DNA of 63,070 nt, the filler included. It is 9 parts of 9 records of this genome, joined end to end, with 100 filler letters (N's around TTAATTAATTAA, not from the genome) between each part and the next. Parts side by side here need not be neighbours in the genome. Positions count along the whole stretch, not along the records: positions 6,317 to 13,602 come from SRR31147125_19357; positions 13,703 to 20,246 come from SRR31147125_19453; positions 20,347 to 30,844 come from SRR31147125_19455; 6 more parts are not named here. The stretch is one strand, 5' to 3'. Below, in pieces: positions 11,001-20,347 of this stretch; position 1 is the stretch's first letter, and the number at the start of each line of letters is the position of its first letter. Position numbers and translations under genes: made by a program. Below the pieces are notes generated by a model. That model was not told where the DNA came from, made no database searches, and saw only the letters and a list, made by a program, of their open reading frames with translations.

Positions 11001-13435
11001 TCACGGGTGGCGAAATTGAAGCCACTGGCGGTAATGGTGGCGCAGGCATCGGTAGCGGCACTGATTCATACTCTAACCTAGACTCTCAAACCGTTGGCTC
11101 AATAACCATAAGCAACAGCAACATTGTTGCCACCGGTGGTCAATATGGTGCTGGCATCGGCGGCGGTAAGTATCGTCATGGTGGCACGATCACCATATCC
11201 AGCTCAACCATTATCGCTACCTCGAGCGGCAATTCGGTTGCTGCTGGTATTGGCGGTGGGATATGTGGCAATAGCGGCGTCATTACCATTGATGATGGTT
11301 CGCTTGTTTTTGCCCAAGGCTACGATTATTCAAATGATACACACGCAATTGGTCTCGGTTATGGTATGAACGCGGAAGGCGACAATAGCGTTAACAAAAC
11401 CATCACCCTTGCTGGTGCATCAACGAAAGTTTTTACGCTTAACGATACGGATGGCAATCAATTTACTTTAGCCGATGGCATCGAAAGAAACGACGACAAA
11501 TCAATGATAATTTTAGAGCTTTCCTTGTTAGGCTTATCTTCTTCGCCTTGGACCGAAGCGACGTGTGTGTATAGTGTCGCAGGTACAATCGTTCTTGACG
11601 TATTATTTGTTGACGACTCCGATAAAACGGTCACCAATTTGCCAGATGCTCAACGGGTCCCTTATGGCGGAAAAGTCACTATCCCAGCGGATCCGGTCTG
11701 TGAAGGCTATGTTTTTGACGGGTGGTATACCGACTCAGCATGTACGACTCTGTTTGATTTTACCGAGGATACCGTCACAGGCATATTGTATCTTTATCTT
11801 TATGCAGGATGGTCAGAGGAACTATCTTTAGAAGTCAGTGATAGCACTTATGGTTCAGTTTACCCCACCGGTACTTATGACCTACTATCCGGCGATAATT
11901 TCACTATCACCGCATCACCAAATAGCAATTGTTCGCTTGATACCATTACCGTCACGGCAGATTACACGTCAATCACGGATAACGGCGATGATACCTATAC
12001 CATCAACGGCATCACCTCCAGCGGTGCGGTTAGCGTAAGCTTTAATCCTCCAGATGATGACACTGTCTATTATTCTGTTGATGTTGTCGCAATGGGCAGT
12101 GGTTCAGTAAACGCCACGGGTACGCTTACTGTCGAAAGTGGTGACAGCATCACCTTTACCGCTACGCCAGATTCAGGCTATATAGTGGATAGCATCACGT
12201 CTACTGCTTCGTATTCTACAATCACGACGAGCGGTAATACGTGTACCTTGAGCAACATCACTTCGGATGGCACGATATATGTGAATTTCGAACAAATCCA
12301 CTATCTCGTCGAAATCGCTTCCGGCTCAAACGGTTCTATCCTGCCTTCTACTAAACAGAATGTTTTATCAGGAGAAGATATCACGATATACCCCATCGCA
12401 GATACAAACTATGAAGTCGATACCGTTTCGTCCACCGCTACAAATACAGGGATTACCGACAACAATGATGGTAGCTATACCATCAGCAGTATCAGCTCTG
12501 CAGGCACGATTTCCGTCAGTTATTCAGCCGAAGACTTTGATGTAGAAATTATCGCTGGATCAAATGGTTCTGTTTCACCTAGCGGTAGTCAAACCGCTAG
12601 TTATGGAGAGAATCTAACGATTACGCCTTCACCGGATACCGGATACGAAGTGGGCACCATCAGTTCAACGACAGGTAATAATATCGTATTGCAGACTGAC
12701 GGCTCATATGAAATCGAGAACATCACTCAAGACTGCACCATCAATGTGTCATTTTCACCTTTGTCATACACCATTTCCTATGACAGCAATGGCGGTACAG
12801 GCACAATATTGGATGCGACTGCAACCTATAGCGAAACGATTGTGCTAGACGATGGCGCGGCTTATACTCGGACAGGTTATGTTTTGGATTGTTGGGATAT
12901 AGGCTATCTTGGTGGGCTCTATACCGTAACCGGCGATGTCGTTGTATCAGCCGTTTGGGCGGTCGATAGCGATGAAGATGGCACTAGCGACAGTGATGAG
13001 CAATCCGCAGGCACAGACCCGAATGATGCACAAGACAAACCTCAAGAGGAAACGATTAAATTAACGCTTCTAGACAGCAATCTCAATCCTGTCTCGGGAT
13101 ATACCGTTGTGCTTAACTCTACCCCTGTTTCTAGTGTAACCGATGCAAGTGGTATAGTCGTTTTTGCCGGCGTTAGCCTATCACCCCATACAGTTTCTGT
13201 TAGAAACGGCCTAACCGAGATTGGACGCTATACCCTAAACTTTTCAGCAGATACTACAAACAGTTCTTCCATAATCGGTGGCGGAACAGGAATCAATATA
13301 ACAAATAATGAAGATTTTTTAATACTTGATTTTGATATTCAGCTAAATAGTTCAAATACATCCGCCTCTATCATAGATACAGGCATAACCGAAAGAACTA
13401 GTACAGAAGATAATCCTGACACAGGAGAATATTAA
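8072..13435 (+). CDS. giant repetitive cell-surface protein (BspA-type LRR, cadherin-like, InlB B-repeats, Gly-rich AGIGGG repeats, acidic Ca-binding-like motif, NPxTG)
   Basis: IPETLGGLTVTHIADEAF LRR units; YIFTGWNTSADGTG and GYVFDGWYTD B-repeats; about 13 AGIG repeats; DSDEDGTSDSDE..GTDPND; terminal NPDTG. Signal peptide appears to start at 8042. Confidence 0.85.
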   Translation: MLICTIIIVPKTAHADSSDGFSYYDNGDGTCTISSYSGSKVYLTIPETLGGLTVTHIADEAFYHNMTLFKVTLPDSLIFVGNRAFLTMYLHSVDFGDDVEYIGNNAFDADFLSVDSLPDSLTYIGDTAFTHYFYLPYGTGEWYQFNGNSSNKTGNVYSGGDSVTYYYGYALNDYTVVRNTDSDLTITQYIGDDTTLDIPKTLTGLWISYIQEDAFASKNLTSVSLRSGFNYIQYIGAGAFANNNISSITLADSLLQIGLGAFADNNTDTFTLSSGNWLVFDENGYTGETASGGDKVSVDFGYTQIDNNKPARSASATASETILITDTYSVNLSNIFKDNYYDTLTYQVSIDGADYIDTDEVFSFAPSTVKDYTLVFRAFDFKEYSDATYTVTLTARPNPTNYPTLKSGIPTEVNESIITYDKSVITAESFELDLSSIFEDSNDYDLSYQVSIDGANYKNANESYAFTSSTTGEYTLIFRAYNGGNYSTETYTVNLSVLLGCTVRYLDGDATSGSVPKSGYIRYVSGEEVTALENTNSLARTKYIFTGWNTSADGTGTHFDADGTDTFTIYSNTTLYPEFSTAIITSGGTYDIADIENLVASGILRIATTEPVTLTGTASGSDSNNGANITCDEDVNLTLSDFTNESSRYALQFSGAGNTLMLEGNNTLSSKDGFPGIQVLDNVELTIDSDSDGTLTASALSNNAAGIGGGYKGSSGSITINGGIISATGGGSSPGIGGGYKGSTGSITINGGTVKATGGETAAGIGGGNGSSSGTITINGGTVNASGGYNGAGIGGGYGESGNNITINGGTINANGGTNGAGIGGGSDGNSGNITINGGTLVVEGGWGGAGIGGGNGGEGETITITDGNITTTGGGYGAGIGGGDCGDSGEITISGGTILANGGYSSAGIGSFKWGGNITISGGDITANGGQYGAGIGCGGNYSFVTISGGNITATGGENAAGIGGNDGYYSGTIIITGGEIEATGGNGGAGIGSGTDSYSNLDSQTVGSITISNSNIVATGGQYGAGIGGGKYRHGGTITISSSTIIATSSGNSVAAGIGGGICGNSGVITIDDGSLVFAQGYDYSNDTHAIGLGYGMNAEGDNSVNKTITLAGASTKVFTLNDTDGNQFTLADGIERNDDKSMIILELSLLGLSSSPWTEATCVYSVAGTIVLDVLFVDDSDKTVTNLPDAQRVPYGGKVTIPADPVCEGYVFDGWYTDSACTTLFDFTEDTVTGILYLYLYAGWSEELSLEVSDSTYGSVYPTGTYDLLSGDNFTITASPNSNCSLDTITVTADYTSITDNGDDTYTINGITSSGAVSVSFNPPDDDTVYYSVDVVAMGSGSVNATGTLTVESGDSITFTATPDSGYIVDSITSTASYSTITTSGNTCTLSNITSDGTIYVNFEQIHYLVEIASGSNGSILPSTKQNVLSGEDITIYPIADTNYEVDTVSSTATNTGITDNNDGSYTISSISSAGTISVSYSAEDFDVEIIAGSNGSVSPSGSQTASYGENLTITPSPDTGYEVGTISSTTGNNIVLQTDGSYEIENITQDCTINVSFSPLSYTISYDSNGGTGTILDATATYSETIVLDDGAAYTRTGYVLDCWDIGYLGGLYTVTGDVVVSAVWAVDSDEDGTSDSDEQSAGTDPNDAQDKPQEETIKLTLLDSNLNPVSGYTVVLNSTPVSSVTDASGIVVFAGVSLSPHTVSVRNGLTEIGRYTLNFSADTTNSSSIIGGGTGINITNNEDFLILDFDIQLNSSNTSASIIDTGITERTSTEDNPDTGEY
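10180..11270 (+). repeat. coding tandem repeat, about 13 units of ~26 aa
   Basis: Repeated (G/A)AGIGGG...GxITIxGGxIxAxGG. Confidence 0.85.
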
Positions 13436-13495
13436 AACACAATCTTTTTCTAAATAACAACACTAAACCTATAGAAGAAAACATAATGAAGTACA

Positions 13496-13520
13496 AAAAA
13501 AGAGCTGCCAGCTCTTTTTT
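13496..13520. terminator. bidirectional intrinsic terminator
   Basis: AAAAAAGAGCT-GCC-AGCTCTTTTTT. Confidence 0.75.
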
Positions 13521-13532
13521 AATCGTTATTTA

Positions 13533-13600
13533 CAACCTGAAATCCACTCGCTACTTACTCCCACTCGATAAATTCATTTGTAATCTGTGTGTTTTGTAGT
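13533..13600 (-). mobile_element. att-like direct repeat copy 2 (guaA 3' end)
   Basis: 13555-13569 reads ATC GAG TGG GAG TAA (IEWE*) on the minus strand; upstream codons (TNEF) are not GuaA KPPAT. Confidence 0.65.
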
Positions 13601-13602
13601 GA

Positions 13603-13702
13603 NNNNNNNNNNNNNNNNNNNNNNNNNNNNNNNNNNNNNNNNNNNNTTAATTAATTAANNNNNNNNNNNNNNNNNNNNNNNNNNNNNNNNNNNNNNNNNN
13701 NN
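13603..13702. other. artificial contig linker
   Basis: N44-TTAATTAATTAA-N44. Confidence 0.99.
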
Positions 13703-15127
13703 GGGGTTCGGATCACCGGTTCTGGCAAATTGAACGATAGTAGCTGCCATAAAATTTGCTACCCATTCGTCCCGTTCATCGACCTCTGGATATGGATGGG
13801 TATAAGGCAAGAATACCCCCACGTTTTTCACAAGAATTTCATGTGTTCCAAACTGGTACGCGACATCGCTGCCGTGCCAGGCATATGAGCCCAGTTCTGC
13901 CCAGTTTTGCGGTATGTGGGTGAACAAGTATACATAAACATTGGATTCTTGGGTAATAGCGGGAATGAGCCCAAGTGTTTCCGGCCTCTTATACGCGGAC
14001 ATCTCCCCGCCAGCATAACCAATTATAAGAGGAACATCATTATGTGTACCAGCAGACAGCATATTGGGGCCTGTATCTGGCAGTGACCATCCATCTACCG
14101 AGAAAAGGTTTCTATAGTCAAATTCATCGTCGTTGTTGTTGGCGGCTGTGATGAGTTCCTGCCAGGTTTTGGAGCGCAGTTCTTCAATGGACTCCGGGCC
14201 TTCTCCATAAACCCCTAATGCTTCCGCAAGATTCAACCCCTGTTGTTCTGTATCTGCCAGAGGGGTGCCTCCTATTCCACCGCTCTCACAAATGGCTCGG
14301 TGAAAAAGGCCTCTGGCTAATGGTGAGCACATCAACCAAAGTGTTTTCTGACCACCGCCGGACTGGCCCATAATGGTAACATTGTCTGGATTACCTCCAA
14401 AGGCGGCGATGTTTCTTTGTATCCACTCAAGGGCGGCAATTAGGTCCAATTGACCGTAATTTCCGGAAACTTCCATTGGTGATTCATCGCTAAGCGCAGG
14501 ATGGGCCATGTAACCGATAGGCCCTATCCGGTGTTGCACAGTTACCACCACCGCACCGCGTTGGGGGATAAATCCAGTATTATAGGTCACCGGGTTGCTG
14601 GACCCTTGGGTCAGGCCGCCCCCATGAAACCAGACGACTACAGGTAGACGGTCGTTGGTTTTCGTGGCTGGGGTTAAAACATTCAAATAAAGACAGTCTT
14701 CACTCATTCCGGACTCAGGTATGCTTTCATAAAGGAAATTAGCCGGATAGCTTTGAGGGGCCATAGGGCTGAATTTTGTACATTCACGGATATTCGACCA
14801 AGGCGTCACAGGTTGCGGAGGCTTTCCAGCGCAATTCTCCAACTGGTGGGGCGGCGTAGGGGATGCCCCTATAGACACGAACATCTTCTCCTATTTCACC
14901 GATCATCGCGTCATATTGTTTTCCAAAAGGTGTGATATCGCTGATCCTCACTGAGTCAATGACTGTTCCAGAAATGTACCCTTCTTCAGTATAGACCGGA
15001 TCAACTATGTGGGCACCTTTTTTTGATTACACCAAGAATGATTTCCTGCCAATGCCGTAGAGCAGACCATCATCAACACAGCAAAGGTAAAAATTACTAT
15101 TACACAGGTGGGTTTAAGTGTTCTCAT
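13703..15127 (-). CDS. secreted type-B carboxylesterase (two homopolymer frameshifts near 15020 and 14824; 3' partial)
   Basis: RBS plus ATG at 15127 with signal peptide; RGIPYAAPPVGELRW in a shifted frame; SEDCLYLNV, WFHGGG, GQSGG nucleophile, WHGSD. Confidence 0.88.
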
Positions 15128-15234
15128 ATTTTTTCCTCTCCTTATTCTTCATTTTGTGAATTTCTATGCTCTTTCCGTAGATACAAATTAACCCAGGTAA
15201 GTAAACTTTTTATTTCATAATACCCTTGTTATTC

Positions 15235-15972
15235 CTATCTTGGAACAGTCTTAAATGAATCCGTGCCATAGAAGGCTCCAAAATTTGTTGATCGGCCAGT
15301 CAAAGAAGCAAAGGTGTCTCCTGCGTTTATTCCCGTGTCCTGCATGCGAAAATGCAGAATTAAAGTGCCTTTACCATTTATTAAGTGTTTCTCAGGCCTC
15401 GCTTCGCCAGGTCCAAACCGTAGTGTATCGATTTCGATGGTGGACGCGTCTAACTCAGAAGTGCTTGGGACAACAACCGCAACCAATCCCTTTTTTCTTG
15501 GGTTTATAGCTTTTTCTGTGATGTCAATGGATATTTCCATTGGGATTGAATGATTCTTGATGTGTTGCCATATGACTTCGGTTCCATCGATATGAGTAGA
15601 TGCCCTGCCAATGGCCATGACGCTTGCATATTGGTATTTCCCGGGCCATGCGTGACCTCCACTACAACGCGATAAACAATAACCTCTTGCCGCGTTTGGC
15701 CCTCTGCCTGTTGGGAAATAATCGTATATTGTCCAATCCAGAGAGACCTCTAAGGAACTGCCATCGCTTACAGTGATAGTTGTTGTCGCAGGAAGCGCTG
15801 CAGTGGCGTCTTCTATCGAGGTGCCATATGGTACATCAATATCGTCTACAGGTGTAACTCCTGTGATGTATACATCCGCGCCATATGCTGAAATTGAAAT
15901 AGTCAGAAGCAATGCAACAAATAAAAACTTAAAAATGCAGTTTGATGATTTTCTTTTACTCATATCGCTCAT
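15235..15972 (-). CDS. secreted modular protein: Ig-like N-terminus, esterase C-terminal remnant, C-terminal beta domain
   Basis: Signal peptide; DIDVPYGT..ALPATTTITVSDGS Ig-like segment; GGHAWPG...IDGTEVIW; INPRKKGLVAVVV...TLRFGP. Confidence 0.55.
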   Translation of the reverse strand: MSDMSKRKSSNCIFKFLFVALLLTISISAYGADVYITGVTPVDDIDVPYGTSIEDATAALPATTTITVSDGSSLEVSLDWTIYDYFPTGRGPNAARGYCLSRCSGGHAWPGKYQYASVMAIGRASTHIDGTEVIWQHIKNHSIPMEISIDITEKAINPRKKGLVAVVVPSTSELDASTIEIDTLRFGPGEARPEKHLINGKGTLILHFRMQDTGINAGDTFASLTGRSTNFGAFYGTDSFKTVPR

Positions 15973-16018
15973 CCATTCCCCTTACCGTCTAATTTTATTC
16001 ATCTGGACCTGTAATCTT

Positions 16019-17494
16019 TTATTCGTTGACCAACTCCGAAAACCCGGATTTTACCTCAAGCGGGATATCGATTTCCAAATAGCGGTCAGTATAAGGTTTA
16101 TAAGCGGGCCAGCGTACCAGGCCCTTGACGCTTGGGTTCCCATTTTCAGCGAAACTGACCAAAATCGACTTTGCTACATCAGCCAACCAGATATCATCAT
16201 CGGTGATACCAGGATCTATAAGATCACAATCGGGGCATTGTGATGCGACATAGTAGCCGAAATAATATGGGTTGACCTTAAAATTGTCTTCTAAATCTCC
16301 AAACCAATATCGCACATCAAGGCCATGCCAACCCGTTGCTCCTGAAGCTTTCCAGCCAGCGGGTACCGCGGTCCAGAGAAAGGCATAAATATTCGAATTG
16401 AGCTGCTCTATTTCTGGGACGAGATCAACGGGCCTGTAAAAAGCCCCATCGTTTTCTGTTCTAACCATACCCATTATGTACGGGACATCTTTTTGCCTGC
16501 CAGCTCGGAAGGAGTCTGGAATCGCCTCTAAAAGGGAAAAGCCATCTTCCACCAAGTTGGCGTCGAAACCGATGTCCAAACCTGCCGTTATAATTTCTTG
16601 CCAGGTCTTCGACCGTAACTCTTCGAGAGATCCGGCTTCTAATTGCGCCGCCAGGGCTTCACCTGCTGCCTCTGCTTCTGCCAAGGGTATTGAATGTATG
16701 CTACCACTTAGGCATATGGCACCATGGAATAGATCATCGGGTACGATCGGCGAGGCCATTAGCCAGTTGACTTTTCTGCCGCCGCCCGATTGTCCGAAAA
16801 TCACAACACGGTCCGGATCACCGCCAAACGCTGCGATGTTTCTCTGCACCCACTCCAAAGCAGCGATTAAGTCCAGCTGACCATAATTTCCAGAAACGCC
16901 ATCCGGCGATTCGTCGCTGAGCAATGGATGGGCCATATAGCCAAGAGGTCCCAGTCTATGGCTTATCGTTACGACGACCGCACCATGCTGGGGAAGCTGC
17001 GCAGTGTTATACGTAGGCATGTTACCACTGAGTATGCGCAACCCACCGCCATGGAGCCAGACCAAAACGGGCAGACGTTCCTTAACTTTTTTGGCTGGTG
17101 TCAATACATTTAAGTAGAGACAATCCTCACCCATTCCTTCTTCGGTCATTTGCTCATAGATGATGGTGCTCGGAAATTCTTGTGCTGCCCATGGGCCGAA
17201 CTTAGTGCACTCTCTTATCCCTTCCCAGGGCTCAACAGGTTGGGGTGGTTTCCAACGTAAGTCCCCCAAAGGCGGGGCGGCATATGGAATCCCCCGATAA
17301 ACGCGAACTTCATCACCAATATCTCCTATCATTGTTCCGGCAACATAGCCTGCATCCGTTAAAATAGGGTCAGTAATGTTGACTCCTAAACGATGACGTC
17401 TATTGTGTTTATTATTTTTTGCGGATACGCTGCCTACCGAAAATACGAGTAAGCATATTACAGCCGTGAGCAGTACATATTTGGAGCGTTTCAT
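16019..17494 (-). CDS. secreted type-B carboxylesterase
   Basis: RGIPYAAPPLGDLRWKPP, EDCLYLNV, WLHGGG, GQSGG, WHGLD; paralogous to 13703-15127. Confidence 0.93.
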   Translation of the reverse strand: MKRSKYVLLTAVICLLVFSVGSVSAKNNKHNRRHRLGVNITDPILTDAGYVAGTMIGDIGDEVRVYRGIPYAAPPLGDLRWKPPQPVEPWEGIRECTKFGPWAAQEFPSTIIYEQMTEEGMGEDCLYLNVLTPAKKVKERLPVLVWLHGGGLRILSGNMPTYNTAQLPQHGAVVVTISHRLGPLGYMAHPLLSDESPDGVSGNYGQLDLIAALEWVQRNIAAFGGDPDRVVIFGQSGGGRKVNWLMASPIVPDDLFHGAICLSGSIHSIPLAEAEAAGEALAAQLEAGSLEELRSKTWQEIITAGLDIGFDANLVEDGFSLLEAIPDSFRAGRQKDVPYIMGMVRTENDGAFYRPVDLVPEIEQLNSNIYAFLWTAVPAGWKASGATGWHGLDVRYWFGDLEDNFKVNPYYFGYYVASQCPDCDLIDPGITDDDIWLADVAKSILVSFAENGNPSVKGLVRWPAYKPYTDRYLEIDIPLEVKSGFSELVNE

Positions 17495-17538
17495 TTTTTA
17501 ATCTCCCTTTAATATTTTGAAGGCAAGTTTCTAAAGGC

Positions 17539-17599
17539 TATGGGTAACCACGCGGAAATCTATAGGCAAAATTAGATAAGTTTCTTATGGTTACCCATA
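17539..17599. other. intergenic inverted repeat
   Basis: TATGGGTAACCA...TGGTTACCCATA, 12-bp perfect stem. Confidence 0.55.
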
Positions 17600-17607
17600 A
17601 TTCGAAT

Positions 17608-19032
17608 TTATTTTGGTGGCACATTTGCGTGCGCCGCCTCTGATCTCATTTCCCGGGCAGCGTCTCTTGTGATGTAGCCGGCCTTAAGATTCGCATTTAT
17701 CGTGTGGTTGTAGGAAGAAACATAGACACCATGATTCCGGTAGAGATCCCGTAGAGTAGCATCATCAAATGGTTGGTAAGTGCCATATAGAGAGCAAAAT
17801 GTTGATCCAGAATTGATTCCGGTATTCAGGGCAATCGGTACTTCAACCTCCGGCAATCTAATTCCGCCTAAAGCGATACCCAAATCGTTGCGTGCTATAA
17901 TTGGCGGATCTTCTGAAATAAATTCAATTTTAGGTGCAGTCGGCGGCGCTATATCGTGCATAACCCATCGGACCAAATGATCATACTGCATGTTCATTAC
18001 GAAGTAGGATCTTACTCGGCTATAAGGGGGCAGATCGCAATCCGGAGGAAACACCTCCGCGCCGAAGTCCCTGAGAACCAGAGGTTCGCGATATACCTGG
18101 CTGACCCAGCTGGAATGTCCCGTGCCGGCCACTTCCCAGCTGCGGAAAACATCTGAATCAGCCATGCGGCGGTCAGGTCCTCCCCGGATATCCGTTTCTG
18201 ACAAATATTGAAACACCTTCACATCAAGATCGGTGCGAAGCCCGTCACCACCTACCAGCAAGTAATATCCATCGACTACCTCATGCAATGGGTGGATTGA
18301 GTTGTGATAAGTTGAAAGCCTACCGGCAGATTGGGAGGCACCAACGGCCAGGATCATCTCGACTGGAAGCCCTCCCATGGGATCGATGCCAACTGGGTTA
18401 CGAATCGATTGGGCCGCCTGTGAATATATATCGTAGCACAATGAGTCATCTGTTACAGTCCCTCCTACAGTAACGTCCAGGCTTTCGTAGCGATCGCTCC
18501 AATCTTTTAGACCGTTGTCACCTAATATATAAGAGTATGGAGGGGGATAGCCATGGACACCGACCATTTGTGCAGAAACGCCTACCCAGGCATAGCCATA
18601 CTTAACAAAGTGATCCCAAGAGGGGCCCCAATGGGCGTCGAGTTCATAGCCCGCAGTAACGTTTTGCCATTCAAGAATAACTACCCCGTTAAAATCCTTT
18701 TTCGAGATTGGTCTACGCACCACGATTCGGGTTCTATAGAGATAAGGGCCACCTTCAATAACAGAGCCGGTCTCCCCCGCAGGAGTATCATATCGATTGG
18801 CAAACCCTTCAATGAAGAACTCTTCTTCGATATAGCCGTAATCGGCCAGATTTTCCATGGGTGTAAAAAAGATATAATCGTGTGATGGATCACCTGGCTC
18901 AACACTTTCAGGAATCGGGCCGATTACCGTTGGATTCGGTACCGGATCCGCCAAGGCTGTAACAGACCATACTGACATCACAGCAAGTGTCGTTATGATC
19001 AAAAACGATAATTTTAAAGTTCCATGCCTCAT
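17608..19032 (-). CDS. secreted alpha/beta-hydrolase domain protein
   Basis: GYIEEEFFIEG, YRTRIVVRRP..FNGVVILEWQNV, GASQSA nucleophile elbow, WEVAGTGH, GGIRLP. Confidence 0.85.
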   Translation of the reverse strand: MRHGTLKLSFLIITTLAVMSVWSVTALADPVPNPTVIGPIPESVEPGDPSHDYIFFTPMENLADYGYIEEEFFIEGFANRYDTPAGETGSVIEGGPYLYRTRIVVRRPISKKDFNGVVILEWQNVTAGYELDAHWGPSWDHFVKYGYAWVGVSAQMVGVHGYPPPYSYILGDNGLKDWSDRYESLDVTVGGTVTDDSLCYDIYSQAAQSIRNPVGIDPMGGLPVEMILAVGASQSAGRLSTYHNSIHPLHEVVDGYYLLVGGDGLRTDLDVKVFQYLSETDIRGGPDRRMADSDVFRSWEVAGTGHSSWVSQVYREPLVLRDFGAEVFPPDCDLPPYSRVRSYFVMNMQYDHLVRWVMHDIAPPTAPKIEFISEDPPIIARNDLGIALGGIRLPEVEVPIALNTGINSGSTFCSLYGTYQPFDDATLRDLYRNHGVYVSSYNHTINANLKAGYITRDAAREMRSEAAHANVPPK

Positions 19033-19210
19033 CTCGCACCCCCAAAGCGTTAAAGATTTTTGTTTAAAGGCTGTATTTTCGAATGAAACTCAATGTGGAA
19101 ATTTATCGGCTTGTTTCCTTTGATCACCTCCTTTTCCATGTGAATAAACAGCTTGATATCGAGAATAACAAATGGCCTGATGTCCTGGCATTAAGGTATT
19201 ATGAGCATCG

Positions 19211-19855
19211 CTATAAGCCGTCACAAATTAGGCCAAAAGCACTCTTTAGGGTATCACTTAGATGATCCTTTCCAATTGTACGCAGTTTACTCTCTTCGAG
19301 TTGAACGACCCCGATAAAAAGAGACCATAGTATATCGGTCAGTTCCACTGGGTTCATGGTTTTGATCAGGCCCTCTTTCATTACTTGTGATAAAAACTGC
19401 CGTGTAATTTTGTAATTGTTAGCTGCGCGACGGTTGATCTTCTTTAGGGTGTGCGCTGGCATTGTAGAGAAGTGGTTTCCAAGTTGAAAGGCTTGGATGA
19501 TTCTCATTCCGTCGGGGTCGTATAAGTAAGTAGCGTAGTAAACATTGAAAAATTCTTGGACAAAGGCTTGCTTATCGGAAAACTGGTTCTGCTTAACTTT
19601 TTCTGAAAATTCTAATAGTCGCTTTCCGAGTTCGTCCAGCACCGGCAGCATCAAAGAGATATACAAATCATCTTTATTTTTGAAATAGATATAAAGCGTC
19701 CCTTTCGCAAGACCCGCTTCAGCAGCGATTCTATCCATGGTAGTTCCGACGAATCCCTTCTTGAAGAATATTTTTTTAGCCGCGTCTTTAATCCTTGCGA
19801 TCGTTAGTTGCCTTTTTGGAAGTTTTATATCTCTTCCTTCAATCATAAACACCAT
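19211..19855 (-). CDS. TetR/AcrR-family transcriptional regulator
   Basis: HTH TTMDRIAAEAGLAKGTLYIYFKNKDDL. Confidence 0.93.
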   Translation of the reverse strand: MVFMIEGRDIKLPKRQLTIARIKDAAKKIFFKKGFVGTTMDRIAAEAGLAKGTLYIYFKNKDDLYISLMLPVLDELGKRLLEFSEKVKQNQFSDKQAFVQEFFNVYYATYLYDPDGMRIIQAFQLGNHFSTMPAHTLKKINRRAANNYKITRQFLSQVMKEGLIKTMNPVELTDILWSLFIGVVQLEESKLRTIGKDHLSDTLKSAFGLICDGL

Positions 19856-20045
19856 ATCTCCAGACGGTTTTAGGTCGAAAAAAACCGAATTAGATAAAAG
19901 TAAAAAATAGAATTGGATCTTGGACAAGAACAGATAAGGAGCCGCCGGCAGTCAAATTTTCGCCAAAGCAATCTCTCGGCAGTAAAGAGAGTTCCGGTAT
20001 CTACGAATTATCGAAAGAGGCTATAGATTCGTGTTCAACAAAAAT

Positions 20046-20060
20046 ATGACCACCAGTCAT
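20046..20060. promoter_or_regulatory. putative TetR operator
   Basis: ATGAC-N5-GTCAT palindrome with A/T flanks upstream of tetR. Confidence 0.5.
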
Positions 20061-20246
20061 TTTTTTGTATTATAGGAAGGAATAGTTTGTCAATTATAAA
20101 TATTGTTCAGTATAACGGAACAAAACTGTTGAATTCATCGCACCCATTGCTTCCACACTAAAGTAGAAACAACCCTCATATGGCAGTGCTTATTTAAGCT
20201 ATTCAAACTATCCAAGATTTCGTTCGGCCGATATATTGGGATTTTT

Positions 20247-20346
20247 NNNNNNNNNNNNNNNNNNNNNNNNNNNNNNNNNNNNNNNNNNNNTTAATTAATT
20301 AANNNNNNNNNNNNNNNNNNNNNNNNNNNNNNNNNNNNNNNNNNNN
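20247..20346. other. artificial contig linker
   Basis: N44-TTAATTAATTAA-N44. Confidence 0.99.
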
Positions 20347-20347
20347 C

